Shown piece after piece: positions 37,850 through 52,144 of a stretch of DNA of 64,000 bases (positions are counted from its first letter, which is position 1; every line of letters starts with the position of its first letter). Source of the stretch: Octopus vulgaris. Taxonomy: Eukaryota. The notes beneath the pieces were generated by a model that saw only the letters and a program-made list of their open reading frames with translations, had not been told where the DNA came from and made no database searches. Location of the stretch: the NCBI GenBank assembly GCA_951406725.2, contig OX597822.1, positions 101,308,001 through 101,372,000 of the forward strand. The letters are read 5' to 3'. The position numbers and the translations under genes were made by a program.

Positions 37850-38255
37850 TCTTTTTACTCTTTTACTCTTTTACTTGTTTCAGTCATTTGACTGCGGCCA
37901 TGCTGGAGCACCACCTTTAGTCGAGCACCTTTAGTCTTTGTAAGCCCAGTACTTATTCTATCGGTCTCTTTTTGCCGAACCGCTAAGTGACGGGGACGTA
38001 AACACACCAGCATCGGTTGTCAAGCGATGGTGGGGGAACAAACACAGACACACAAACACATACACACACATACATATATATATACATATATACGACAGGC
38101 TTCTTTCAGTTTCCGTCTACCAAATACACTCACAAGGCATTGGTCGGCCCGAGGCTATAGCAGAAGTCACTTGCCCAAGATGCCACGCAGTGGGACTGAA
38201 CCCGGAACCATGTGGTTGGTAAGCAAGCTACTTACCACACAACGACTCCTGCGCC
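37850..38255 (-). mobile_element. SINE family C, full length
   Basis: Head at 38255, (GTAAAAGA)n tail at 37850. Confidence 0.88.
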
Positions 38256-38562
38256 TATATATATATATATATATATATATATCTTCATAGAAAAATACAG
38301 TGTACCTTTAAACACAAAAGAGATTACCATAATAGGACATCTGACTCACTAGAAAGAGCTATGAAGATTTTTAGTCAAATGTCCTATCATGGTAATCACT
38401 TTTGTGTTTAAATGTAAACTTTATTTTTTCTATGAATAATATATTGTCTATTGACTAAATTTTTTCCTTCTCGCTAGACTACTGGTAGCAAAGAATTTTT
38501 CTATAAATATTTTCTCTACTACCCTAAGATTTTTAAATGTTAATATATATATGTATATATAT

Positions 38563-38958
38563 AGGCGCAGGATTGGCTGTGTGGTAAGTAGCTTGCTAAC
38601 CAACCACATGGTTCCGGGTTCAGTCCCACTGCGTGGTATCTTGGGCAAGTGTCTTCTGCTATAGCCCCGGGCCGACCAATGCCTTGTGAGTGAAACTGAA
38701 AGAAGCCTGTCGTATATATGTATATATATATATATGTGTTTGTTTGTGTGTCTGTGGTTGTTCCCCTAGCATTGCTTGACAACCGATGCTGGTGTGTTTA
38801 CGTCCCCGTCACTTAGCGGTTCGGCAAAAAAGAGACCGATAGAATAAGTACTGGGCTTACAAAGAATAAGTCCCGGGGTCGAGTTGCTCGATTAAAGGCG
38901 GTGCTCCAGCATGGCCGCAGTCAAATGACTGAAACAAGTAAAAGAGAAAAGAGAAAAG
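38563..38958 (+). mobile_element. SINE family C, full length (inverted relative to the 37850 copy)
   Basis: Head GGCGCAGGATTGGCTGTGTGGTAAG and tail GACTGAAACAAGTAAAAGAGAAAAGAG. Confidence 0.88.
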
Positions 38959-39346
38959 ATATATATATATATATATATATATTGTTGATAGTTTCGATCA
39001 ATGATTGTCTTCACAATGTTAGATCTTAGATTTTTTCTCATTCGTATCTGGATATACAGTTGTGGCTGCGTATCTCGTTGAATGATTCGAACCATGGTTT
39101 TCTTTATCCTCATTCTGAATTTTAGTTTCTTTTAATGCTGTGTCCATTTTTTACTTTAATTTTCAACATACACCCTTTTCGCGAGTGTTTTTGTTTTTTT
39201 AATATTGTTGCTTATTAACAATCTCCGTACCTTTGCATATGTGTTCGACATAACATGTTTCTTCACTTCATTTTCTTTTCTATCCATTGCCCAGGAATCT
39301 CTTTATAACAATACAATGCTGTGTACACTACTTTAATGTTGATGGT

Positions 39347-39700
39347 GGAGGCGCAATGGCCCAGTGGTTAGGGCAGCGGACTCGCGGTCGTAGGATCGCG
39401 TTGTGAGTGTTTATTGAGCGAAAACACATAAAAGCTCCACGAGGCTCCGGCAGCGGATGGTGGTGATCCCTGCTGTACTCTTTCACCACAACTTTCTCTT
39501 ACTTCCTGTTTCAGTTGTACCTGTATTTCAAGGGGCCGGCCTTGTCACTCTCTGTGTCACGCTGAATATCCCCGAGAACAACGTTAAGGGTACACGTGTC
39601 TGTGGAGTGCTCAGCCACTTACACGTTAATTTCACGAGCAGGCTGTTCCGTTGATCGGATCAACCGGAACCCTCGTCGTCGGAACCGACGGAGTGCTCCC
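39347..39700 (+). mobile_element. SINE family A with TSD TAATGTTGATG
   Basis: 11-bp direct repeat at 39334 and 39701. B-box region deleted. Confidence 0.85.
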
Positions 39701-40509
39701 TAATGTTGATGACGCATGTCGTTAAAAACTGATTAGTGTAAAAGGAAATTTTAATATTTCTTTACGATTTTTTAGTTTGACTTTAGTTTTTTCCTCTTTG
39801 TGCCTGTTGAGATATTGTAATGCTTTGTCTGGTCTTATCTGGTGGATTCTGTAGTAGTTTCATTGGGTTTCAGAGATTATGCATCTGTGACCGCCTCTGT
39901 TATATCACTTTCATTGATTTGCGAAGGTTTATTTTTTTGTATGAAGACAGTTCTATTGCAATGATTGGGTTGTGGTCATCTTTTTATGTGTAGTCTAGTT
40001 TTTTTGTTTCTTTATCAATGTACATTTTTCAATGAGTTGAACAATTTTATTCATCTATTTTTAAAAAATCTTGTTTCTTATAAATCTCTTATATTCGCAG
40101 TAAAACTCTTCCTCATTTCTTTTCCACTTCTTCTCCACGTCTCATATTTCTCTTTTATAGAGATTGTCCGTCTGCAATATAATGTTGAAATATAAGTGGA
40201 ATGTAATAATTCAATGCAGCGCGTATTGAGTGACCGTTCTCTTTTAATTCCTTATTTAGTTTTGGACACTAATAGCGGTTTTTCTGTCCAGTATTTACTA
40301 CTTGAAACGAAAACATATATGGATCACATATTGCATTATTTTCACAATGTGGTTGCAATAATCTCTTGCTAGGTATTTAATTACAAATCCTCATTAGCTC
40401 TGACATGTTTTTGCGGTTGACTGATTAATCTGTGAAGGATTAAGAAAACAAAACCCTTTACTTTCTTTTACTAGTGCTTGTTCATTAGCAAGCCAGGTGA
40501 GCTAAAAAA

Positions 40510-40925
40510 GTGGCGAGCTGGCAGAAACGTTAGCACGCCGGGCGAAATGCTTAGCGGTATTTCGTCTGCCGTTACGTTCTGAGTTCAAATTCCGCCGACG
40601 TCGACTTTGCCTTTCATCCTTTCGGGTCGATTAAATAAGTGCCAGTTACGCACTGGGGTCGATATAATCGACTTAATCCGTTTGTCTGTCCTTGTTTGTC
40701 CCTTCTGTGTTTAGCCCCTTGTGGGTAATAAAGAAATAGGTATTTCGTCTGCCGTTACGTTCTGAGTTCAAATTCCGCCGAGGTCGACTTTGCCTTTCAT
40801 CCTTTCGGGGTTGATTAAATAAGTACCAGTTACGCACTGGGGTCGATATAATCGACTTAATCCGTTTGTCTGTCCTTGTTTGTCCCCTCTATGTTAGCCC
40901 CTTGTGGGAAATAAAGAAATAAGAA
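40510..40925 (+). mobile_element. SINE family B, dimeric
   Basis: One head and two bodies. Flanked by the ATTAGCAAGC.AGG repeat. Confidence 0.85.
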
Positions 40926-41116
40926 TTAGCAAGCGAGGCAAACTGTTTAGCGGTATTTCGTCCGTTTTAACGTTCTGAGTTCAAATACCATCGAGGTCGA
41001 CTTTGCCTTTGGTTATTTCGGGATCGATGAAATAAGTGCAAGTGGAGCATAAGGATCAATGTAATCGACTAACCCACTTCCTCAAAGTTTCAGGCCTTGT
41101 GCCTATAGTAGAAAGG

Positions 41117-41125
41117 ATTATTATT

Positions 41126-41158
<33 letters not shown>

Positions 41159-41159
41159 G

Positions 41160-41193
<34 letters not shown>

Positions 41194-41223
41194 GTTGTTG
41201 TTGTTATTATTGTTATTATCATC

Positions 41224-41259
<36 letters not shown>

Positions 41260-41410
41260 GTTGTTGTTGTTGTTATTGTTGTTATTATTATTATTATTAT
41301 TAGTATTGTTATTGTTGTTGTTGTTGTTATTGTTTTTGTTGTTGTTGTCATTGCTACTGTCGTCGTCGTCGTCGTCGTCATCATTTTCATCGTTGTTGTT
41401 ATCAATAATT
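41117..41410. repeat. Compound trinucleotide microsatellite (CAT/GTT/TTA/CGT)
   Basis: Directly visible. Confidence 0.95.
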
Positions 41411-42259
41411 AACGAGGTAAGAAAATTACAGTGATAATTTTCCCCATCACATTTTATGTTTATTGATATTATCGCTGTTTTACAAAACAGTAAGTTTATA
41501 GTAGTTTCTTAATGGGAACTAGCTTCCCATTAATAGATAAACACTACACACATTGCGCCTAATCCCCTTTCTGGGGTTACTTCTGTAATTAAGGCTTTAG
41601 CAATAGTATCAAAATCACCGAATGCATTCGGCTTTCATTAAATATTGAGTTAAGGAGGAAAAAAAAATCAAGACATGCATCTCTTTGAGCTGAATTAGTT
41701 GTGTAAATGTTTAAGTGTCTGATTTATGTGTTTGTATCCATATGTGAGTATACATAAATTTCTATTGATGTCTACTTGCATATATGTGCATGTGTGTATG
41801 TGTGTGTCTGTGCGTGTTTGCCTGCGTGTGTCAGTGCCCGTGTCTACGCGCATAGGTATATGTATATTTATGATGTGGATGAATGAATACTTACGCATAT
41901 GTACATCGATATATCTATGTACATATGCGTTTACACATAAATGTGTAACCCACAATTAAATATCCATTAATGCTATATCACTCGAAGAAATGAATGCACG
42001 AACATGATCTACTCGATATATGTGGTTACTACGGACTGTACTGCAATCATTCTAGGAATACGGGTTAGGATTTTACGAAACATGACTTGTCGAAACGGTC
42101 GTAGTGATTCATTAAAATATTTATAAATTCCATCCAAGGATGATTATTACTATTATTACTACATGATATCGGCAGTTAGCATCACTAAGCTGTAACCCAC
42201 ATAATAGAGAAGGAGATTTTATATGCATATTCAAATTGTTTTCCATAGATGAACTTAAA

Positions 42260-42309
<50 letters not shown>

Positions 42310-42547
42310 TTAATAATTAGGGTTCAGCAAAGATTTGCTTTACCACATACCGAAGTTTTTTTCTGTAGTATTTTACTTGAAGACACACGCGGATGGGCAG
42401 GGGAAGGTAAATGAACTTCATTCATATTTTGAATTCGGCGGTACTAACACTGAATATGATGTGTCTGATACCGTTAGGTGGAGAGATATGTTCAATTATT
42501 CCAGTACCCTCGAATTTAATATTTCAATATTTAATTATTGAGGAATG

Positions 42548-42628
42548 CCAAGCTGATGAGGAAAATGGTTGGTAAAGTATAATTCTATATTCTTTATACC
42601 GATCTAATTCCGAAACGCGCGTCCATGG
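42548..42628 (+). ncRNA. Type I hammerhead ribozyme (intact core; predicted cleavage after C42623)
   Basis: CCAAG, CUGAUGA (42553-42559), long stem II GGAA..UGGUUGGUA.AAG / CUU.UAUACCGAUC..UUCC, GAAAC-GCGC-GUC, CAUGG. Palindromic stem III and one mismatch in stem I. Confidence 0.75.
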
Positions 42629-43281
42629 ATGACCATATATTGATTGATTTTCGTTACTTTCCTCTGCCTGTGTGGATTGTTTTCAAGTATTTTGGTTTCT
42701 CTGGGAGAGTAGAATTCGGCATGAAAAAATGACCATTTCACGGTAAACTTAAGTAATACTTAATAATTAGGGTTCAGCAAAGATTTGCATTACCACATAC
42801 CGAAGTTTAGAAATAGCAGCCAAAACCTTAGCTCTTTCTTCTACTTTAACAAGGGACTCCCAGAGAAATTAAATTGACCTAAAATTAATTCTATTTAAAA
42901 AGTTAAGCTCTACGTATTACGTTTAAAGTTTTAGTTAACAGAATCCTTCGTTAAGATAAGTTATGTTTTTATTTTAAGAAATTTTTAAAAATGTTTTTTG
43001 ATTATTTATAATTAATACACGTATTTTTCTATACATATTTGATAATTAGTATAATTTAAGATAAGTACATTTATTGTATTATTATTTTAATATTATTATT
43101 TTAGACCTGATGAGTGACTATATTTTTAAATAGAATTAATTTTAGATCGATTAAATTTTAAATCGAATTGATTTTATTTACTATTTGTTGTTTATGTACT
43201 TTATTGATTTTTAGAATAATGTTTTTATAGTATATGTTTTCCATATGGTGTGAATAACATCTTTCATTATTGAATTGTTTA

Positions 43282-43615
<334 letters not shown>

Positions 43616-44636
43616 CTCAAACCCAGTACTTATTTTAAAGATTTATTTTGTTGATTTAATTATTTGGACAAAATGGTATTTATTGTATCCGGATCTTTTC
43701 CCAGACTGCTAGATACGAGGATTTAAACAAACTTCGATCATCAAGCTGTGGGGTGAGGTCGAACACAAAGACAGACACACGCACTCATACATACAGTCAC
43801 ATATGAAATAAATGTAATACCAGCAACTTCGTTTGTTTACTTATTACACTCACACATATGTAGTTTTCTTTTACTATGTTGGTAAGATATTGGTCGGCTC
43901 GGAGCTGAAGTGGAAGGCACTTGTCCAAGGTGCTCCGCTCTGGGAATGAACCTTAAATCGCCTGGCTGCAAAGTAAACTTTTCACCCAAACGCTCATACT
44001 TGCGCCCAAGTCACTTTCTCGGAACCTATTTATATCTCCTTCCAAAGATTGCAAGTGACGGTAACATAAGAGTGTCTATAAGAATGACACTTCGCTCACA
44101 ATTCCACATGAGAATACTTCTCACTAAGGCTAAAGACACACAGCTGTGACGTCCTGTGTCTCTATATTTATTAACTTATTCATCTCAGTCTCTCTTACTT
44201 GGCAATCTTGCATGAGGACTATATTTAAAGTAATGCCTCTTCACCTAGCATGATGACTTTTCAATCAATTATGGATTATTAATAATCATTGAGAAAGATT
44301 GTGATTTTAACTTTCATGCAATGTTTTCCTCAGAAAAAAAACTAAGGGAAATTATCATAAACAAAATCAGGGGAAATGCCATAATGCTTTTGAAATGGCA
44401 ATGAATGGGGTGCAGTTTAGATCACATAAGATACATTCGAACAAATAGCTCTGTATTGATTAGTTATTATGCAATTTCCTATCAATAGGCTAATTGAAGC
44501 ACATTAATTTCGATACACCTTTTTCGATAAAATCAGAAAAGTTTTAAACACATTAGAAGGCTCCTTCGAAATTCGGATTTCACGTATTATTTTGACCTTT
44601 TCCTATTCTTTTTATCAATCACTTTTTCTTTGACAC

Positions 44637-44711
<75 letters not shown>

Positions 44712-45610
44712 CGTACGTGCAGGTGTGTGTGTATTTATATATATTTTTATATTTATATTGACAAATTGCAAAATATTTTACTAATGGTGAATTTGAAGTT
44801 GACAGATCGATACCATAAAAAAATTGAAATTAGCTTCAAACACTGATTGTTTCAACTAATTAAAAATTGTGATCGTTTTAATTAATTAAAGCTATTTAGA
44901 AATCATATCATGTTAATTTAATACAAGGTATGACAGTTTTAATTAATGAAGTCATATTAGAACTTATTTTTAAAAAAATTAGTTTGGATCTAACGTCAAC
45001 TTGCTTCGTACATTACAATTTCACTTCTGTATTCAGAACTTGTTTCATGCAACACGTGTAATTAAAGATACTTAATTAATATAAAGTTTGCTTAAGTATG
45101 TCAGATATATTGGATATCCATCGTTGGACAAATTTGAGTCTGAATAGGTTTTAACTTCCATATACAAATTAAATATCATTGGAATTGCAAATGTTCAGTT
45201 GGGAAACTCATTAGTTTTATAATTCAGTGTTTAATACTAAAAGTAGAATCTTATTTACATAGTACACTTTACATGACACCCCTAATTACATTTACATGAC
45301 ACTCCTAATTGATATCACTTTTAGCAACACCAACCGCACTTCACTCCACCTCAAAAATCATTGCAAATGGCGTATATACAAGCAACCACCATATTGTCTC
45401 GTGAGCTGCACTGATTTTCAAGAACATTGAGCTCAAAACCATTTTTTGCATGGAAACGTAAGAACTTAGTCTCTTTCATCAGCACCATATCACATGCGTA
45501 CTATCTGTCAACGAACCTTCTAACATGTTATTAAATGCAATGAATTTAGAAAAATCGTAACACTAGTTATTTCAAGTTTTCGCCAATAAAGGCGATTGTT
45601 TTATAATTTA

Positions 45611-45982
45611 CTAGCAGTATCACCCGGCGTTGCTCGGGTTTGTAAGGGAAATAACTATAAAGCATTTTTAGAGAGTTATAGCCAAAAAATGGAAAAAAAT
45701 TATGGTAAATTTTTTTTTTTAGTTAAAAAGGTCGAGTTGCGTCCCCTAGACAGTCTGTGGTTTGTGTTTCTGATTCTCGACCCCATGTCGAATTTATCGA
45801 TTTTTTTCAGAACTGGGGGAACTTTTCAAAATTTTCGCTGCATTAGTTTTGAATTATGACATTGGGCTATGTGTGTGTCAAGTTTCATCACAATCGGTTG
45901 AAAGCCGTGGTCAGGGTGAGGGTACAACCTAACAGACACACAGAAACACACACAGACAAACTGCCGTTTATATATAGAGAGA
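45611..45982 (-). mobile_element. Non-autonomous Helitron
   Basis: Minus strand 5' TCTCTCTATATATAAACGG and 3' hairpin CCCGAGCAACGCCGGG followed by TGATACTG-CTAG. A|T insertion site. Confidence 0.75.
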
Positions 45983-46458
45983 TTTATGAACTCGTCGCCA
46001 TCTCTGCGCAGTAACATGAACAGCAGCCTACAACCTCCAGTTGACAAACATTATGTGTCGCCTCACTACGTTTTCTATATTTACAACAACGGTGTTTACT
46101 CATCTGCTTTAGACTGTTGTACAGCCTTCCTTCACACATCAGATGAGACACCAATCTCTATCTTACTTTCGTCACCACTATTCTGACTCACTCAAGACTC
46201 TGTGGTAAACATTTCCTGAAGAATTAATGCTCCTTAGATTCTCTTCCAATTATTCTCCTTTTCCTGCCAATAGTAACCTAGTGATTTCCAAACCTGACCA
46301 TCACATATACTGATCTCAGCCATCTTATAGCCTGAGGGAATTTTCGACAGGAGAAGGCCTGGGTGAAATTACCTATAAACTGTACACAACTGCACTTTAC
46401 GTTTTTCATAACTATGGTAATAATTATGCTCATACAAATGCGCGTGCGCAAGGGTACG

Positions 46459-46500
<42 letters not shown>

Positions 46501-47227
46501 TTATCGGTCATTTGTCATAAGTTACTATAAATGCGCCCTAAAAATATTTTGAGCAGTTACACTTTTGTATAGTGGAGTAACATTCTGCTGGTTATGACAT
46601 ATAACCGCCAGAAAGTTACCATTAGTTTCGTCGAAACGACAATAATCCTGCTGCGAATGCATTCTTGAAGTCAAAATGTGGAATATTTAGCTGCTGCTCT
46701 CCCCATTGTCACAGAGTGTACCGCAATAGGCCCCCACATGGTTTGTGCTTTATACCCTGGACTCGTCCTTTGGACCATCGAACCACGACCGTTGGGAGCC
46801 AGAACACATAACGTATGGTTTCCTATCCGACCCTCTATATGCGCTAATCCGACGCTCAACCTCTCGCACACAGGAGGCCGGAGTACATCCTATAAGCATT
46901 TACCCTACTCGCTAACGAACCGACCAACCAATTAGGGAAATTTTCGTATTGAAATTTCAGAAAAAAGGAAATATTTTGCTTTTTACGAAGCGTTATTATT
47001 AGCACCAACAAAAACACCTATTCCATGAGATAACGGCTACAGTTACTAGTAAGGGAGTTCCTAAAGGGTCAGTGACCCTGCTCTAAATGATGGCCAAATA
47101 TCACTCAAACTATTACTGTATCCAGTAAAGAAGGATACATTGGCATCATGTATAAAAAGGCAGGATGGGTACGGGTGGAACATATTTCGTTGTAAATCTG
47201 TTCAATCATGGCTGATCTGGGGTTAAA

Positions 47228-47488
47228 CAACAACAACAGCAACAACTACTACTACTAATACTACTACTACCACAAGTACTACTACAAGCACTACTACTCC
47301 TGTTACTACTACCTATGCTGCTGCCGTTGCTACTACTTCTACCACTACTACTGCTACTACTACTACTACTACGACTACTACTGCTGCTGCTGCTGCTACA
47401 ACTACAACTATTACTCATGCTACTACTACCACTGCTATTGCTGCTGCTACTACTACTACTACAAGAAGAAGAAGAAGAAGAAGAAGAA
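47228..47488. repeat. (CTA/CTG/GAA)n low-complexity repeat
   Basis: Directly visible. Confidence 0.9.
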
Positions 47489-47714
47489 TCCTTTCTACTA
47501 TAGGCAAAAAACCTGAAATTTGGGAGAAGGGGATAGTCGATTACATTGACCCCACTGCTCAACTGGTCCTTATCTTATTGACCCCGAAATGATGAAAGGA
47601 ATTTGAACTCAGAACGTAACAACGGACGAAATGCTGGTAACCCTTTTGCCCGACTTGCTAACGATTCTGCCAGCTCACCGCCATAGTAATAATAATAATA
47701 ATAACAATAATAAT

Positions 47715-48770
47715 GAAAACATTTAAGGAACAATATGAAGAAGCCAGAGTAAACAACTGGAAAAATGATGGGCAATACCTCAAAGAAATCGAAAGAAAAG
47801 ACAAAATCTGCACTTGAAGATGGCTAAGAAAGGGTGATCTGAATGGATGCACTGAGGCATTGATATGCAGCGCTCAGGAACAAGCTCTGAGAACTAATTA
47901 TACCAAGTTCTATATAGATAAGAATAGCGAATCACCCCATTGTACACACAGTTGACAACATAGCAGAAATGGTCAAAGATACAAAAACCACATGAAAACT
48001 GATACTGAAGAAGAAATGGAGAGAAAAATCACTTCACGGTCAATATCCTGCAAGACTTGACAGAGAAGAAGTAAGTCTAAGTAAAAACCAAGAACGGCTC
48101 AAAAGCTCTGAACTAAAAGCCAAAACAGAAGGACTGATTCTCACTGCACAAGATCAATGCCTGACAATAAACAATTACAATAACAAAATAATGAAAACAA
48201 GTCTCAACACCAAATGCAGAATGTGCAGCCAGTACAATGAGATAGTTGACCACATCATCTTGAGCTGTCCAGTCCTTGCCAAGTCTGAATATGTATACAG
48301 ACGCGACAAAGTAAGCAGTTATATCCACTGGACAATATATCAAAATTACAACATCAAAACTGACAGTAGATGGTACAAGCACGTGTCGAACAATGTACAA
48401 GACAACGGTCAGGCCACAAACATCTGGGATATACCGGTTCAAACCGACAAAGAAATAAAAGTTAATCGTCCAGACATAATAGTCAAGGATTGAGGAAAAA
48501 CAACTGCTTACTGATAGACATTGCAGTCCCTTCTTCTGATCAAAATATTGTCAAAAAAGAAGTGAAGAAATTGTCGAAGTAGAAAGGCTTCGAAATTGAT
48601 GTATTCAAAACGTGGTAAAAACAATACTAATGGTAACTGGAGCATGGGGGTTGATAGAAAATCATATGAGCAAAAATATAGAAGTTATATCTGCATCCTC
48701 AACACTACACACTGTCCAAAAAATAGCCCTGCTAGGAACAGCCCATATTCTACGTAAGACACTATGAATC
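47715..48770 (+). mobile_element. Stacked R4/Dong-like LINE 3' fragments (CCHC Zn-knuckle plus REL endonuclease)
   Basis: KCRMCSQYNEIVDHIILSC, NIWDIPVQTDKEIKVNRPDIIVKD..LLIDIAVP and VQKIALLGTAHILRKTL. Preceded by (TAA)n. Confidence 0.8.
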
Positions 48771-49607
48771 CAATGATAAAATCTAAACAAAACAACCCAC
48801 AAATACATGATACACTCTATACAATATTTACCCAGTGAAATAAACTCCCACCAGCAAGCTACAGAACCAAAGCATTGCTCACTCAACACACAATATAAGC
48901 AGTAACACAACAAAAGATGGGCTTCAGAAAATCTTCCGCTCAATTCCACAGATTTGCTTGACAGTTGTTTGACCTTAACCAGTTAAGCATGTCCCTTAGT
49001 GGCTGACGATATGTGCGTCTCTGATCACGAGCAGAAGTAGTTGGGGAGCATCATAGCCATGTGTTGAGAGGGATTCTTTGGGGTTTGAATAATTCACCTC
49101 TGGAAACATGGGCGGTTCGTTCAACATCATTAAACAAACCTTATTCAGAGGCCTTTTGAGCGGGATGGGTTACTCAACCAGAAGAAAATTCTAACTGGGT
49201 CCCACTTGCAAGGTCATGTGCTGTTTATCTTGATATGAGATCGCCATGTCGTGCACATATGGTTGTGATGCATGTGCCTAGTGTACCCTTATCAGACGGG
49301 TAGTCATGATGGGTATACTGGGCTTCGTATATTTTACCCCAGTGTCATATTGATGGCATGCACTGTTCTTTCTCTCTCTCTCTCTCAGTAATAATAATAA
49401 TAATAATAGTAATAATAATAATGATAATGATAATGATAGTAGTAGTAGTTGTAGTAGTAGTAGTAGTAGTAGTAGTAGTAATGATAGTTTAAGTTGAATT
49501 TAATGGAAAACTAGCTTACTCTTTTAATCGGTCTATGGAATTGTGATTTCGGCTTAAGAAACTTCAACAAGTGTTCTTCAAAAGCCGTGAAGAAAGTGAT
49601 AGAGTGA

Positions 49608-49611
<4 letters not shown>

Positions 49612-49674
<63 letters not shown>

Positions 49675-49745
49675 AAGACATGGGGCGAGTGGTGGTAAAA
49701 AACAGAGGGAGAGAGAGACAGACAGACAGAAAGGGAGAGAGAGAA
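49612..49745. repeat. (GA)n microsatellite
   Basis: Directly visible. Confidence 0.95.
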
Positions 49746-49789
49746 ATAGAGAGAAAGAGGAAATACATGTACTTTCAACAATAGGTTCA

Positions 49790-50130
49790 GAACAAAACGG
49801 GACATTGATGTGGTGAATAAGAAAAAAAAAAGAGAAAGATCATGTATTATAATCGACATAGCATTCCCCGGTGACAACAAGATCAATGTGAAAGAAGAAG
49901 AAAAAATAAACAACTATGAGGATTTGAAGTGAGGAATATGAAGGTTGCGGTCAATGAAGAGAGTAAACGCGATACCAATAGTAATTGGTGCACTTGGAAG
50001 CATCAACACTCAACTACCAGCATGGTTGAAAAAGATTGGTGCAAGTGTGAAGGTAGAGCACCTACAAATATCAGCATTGCTTGGAACTGCAAGAATTCTT
50101 CGCCGGGTTGTTGAAGCAAAACCAGTAAAC
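49790..50130 (+). mobile_element. R4/Dong-like LINE endonuclease fragment
   Basis: CIIIDIAFPGDNKINVKEEEKINNYEDLK and IPIVIGALGSI...LQISALLGTARILRRV. Confidence 0.8.
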
Positions 50131-50394
50131 AAGTGTCACCTTAGTCACTTTCCTTCATACCCAGCATTTTACTTCGCAACCACGAGAATTCGAACTGACC
50201 CCCAATGCACGCTGTTCGATTTTACCTTCTTTAAAATTGAATGAAATTTAATAGTAGTTTAGAATGTCTAATGGAATTCAAAATTATTTTTATGCATTTG
50301 TGTACATTTAAACTAATTAAATATTATTTTACAGAATAATAGAATTAAAATTTCTTTGATCAAAACACTTTCTAACATAGAAGTATTCAAAGAG

Positions 50395-51170
50395 GATTTG
50401 AGGCACAAAATGCTTTATGAGTACAAAAAAGGAAACTCTGTAGCCGCGAAACATACACTCAGTTTATAGGACTCGAAACATACACTCAGCCTATGGGAAA
50501 GAATGCTTGAATGAAAGAACTTGCAGAAGATGGTTTGCAGACTTCAGAAGTGGAGATTTCAGTCTTAAAGATGAAGATCGAACAGGACGTCCAGTTGAGT
50601 TTGATGATAAGCTCCTTAGGGCATTACTTGAAGAAAATTCTGCATTATCAGTTGAAGAATTGGCAATAAAGCTTAGATCAAACCATACAACTGTTCATCA
50701 TCATCTTCAAGAACTTTGAAAGGTTTCTAAACTTGGAAAATGGGTGCCTCGTGAATTGTCCGAAAGCAACCGCAAATCCTGAGTTGACATCTGATCTTCT
50801 CTCCATTCTCGTGAATTCATTTCACCCTTTTCGGAAAGACTTGTGACTGGTGACGAAAAACGAATCTTCTATCGAAATGTTAAACGTTTTAAACAGTGGC
50901 TTTGTAAAAGGGAAAAAGCGCAACCACAATCGAGAAGGGAACTTCATGGGGAAAAGATTCTTCTCTCTATCTAGTGAGATTGCAAAGGTGTAATTCACTT
51001 TGAATTATTATCACCTAATGCAATAATCAATGCTCAAGTGTACTGTCAGCAATTAGAGGGTTTGAACCAAGCTTTGAAGAAAAAAGACCCGCTTTAGTAG
51101 ATCGGAAAGGAGTGATGTTTTATCAGGACAATACGCAACCCCACACTGCAAAGATCACATCACAGAATAT
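50395..51170 (+). mobile_element. Decayed mariner transposase (Mos1/SETMAR-like)
   Basis: ERTCRRWFADFRSGDFSLKDEDRTGRP, WVPRELS, LVTGDEKRIFY, DCKGVIHFELL and QDNTQPH motifs, with stops. Confidence 0.88.
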
Positions 51171-52144
51171 CTATAGAAATTTTAACTGGTGTCATTTTAA
51201 TCATGTAATTGTACTAGGCGATGCTTCAGCATGGTCGTGGTCCAAAGACTGAATCAATTAAAAGAGTGAAAGAAATTATATAAACTCCGTGAGAACCGTT
51301 GCGTTGAATTCGCCATCCATATTCCATCATTGATTGAAATAAATTCACTTTTTCACAGACGGCGAAATTTTGGAAAAATCAGGAATGTTGAGGTGACACT
51401 TTCAGGTCTTGTTATTCCTATTATATAAATCATCGTATTTATAATCACTTTAGGAGATCCTTGAGTCTCCTAAGCAACAACAAAACAAAGGAACGAAATT
51501 GATTGGTTGTTGCATATAACTTACGAGTATTAGATAAATATTGAATCTTTGTTCTATTATATGAAACATTCATTTAGCAAGGAACATGGACGAATATGTT
51601 TTGATGTATGGAGCAGTCAATTCTTGTGGTTCTTTGAATGCGAACAATCTTGTACGTATTCCTATGTGTAATTCTAACCGGATTCTAAGTATTATCCAAC
51701 AAAATATTTAACATTTAACCGTGCTATTATTCAGCAATAACGCTGTTGTTTGAATTCTATCAGTTCAACTTCTAGATTAATGGGATTGCTTTTAACGCAG
51801 ACAGGCATTTGCATTCACAACAAACAAATAATAACTGTGCAAAGTTTCGTTGATTAATAAATCGTAAATTAACACATCTGTATATTAGTCAGACAATAAG
51901 GGTGTTAAAGTGATGCCGTACATCACAGTTGACAGACTAAAACAATTCAAAAGTTATTATACCTAAGTGCATGCATGACTGTGTGTTTAAGAAGCTCTCG
52001 TATAACCCCATGGTTTTAGTTCAACCCCACTGCGCGGCTCTTTGGGCAAGTATTTCTGCTATTACCCAGAGTTGACCAATATAATATAATATGTAAGTGA
52101 AAGTCACATCGAAAAAAGTGTGGAATCCTGTTTTATATAAATCC

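Noticed and set aside
41036-41434. Poly-I/V/L 'transmembrane' ORF (similar ones at 47206-47562 and 56614-56962)
   Set aside because: Trinucleotide microsatellite artefacts.
45332-45410. Candidate middle exon giving a hydrophobic stretch (HETIWWLLVYTPFAMIFE) in a compatible phase
   Set aside because: Weak acceptor (no polypyrimidine tract), weak donor (GTGGAG) and a poor signal-peptide pattern.
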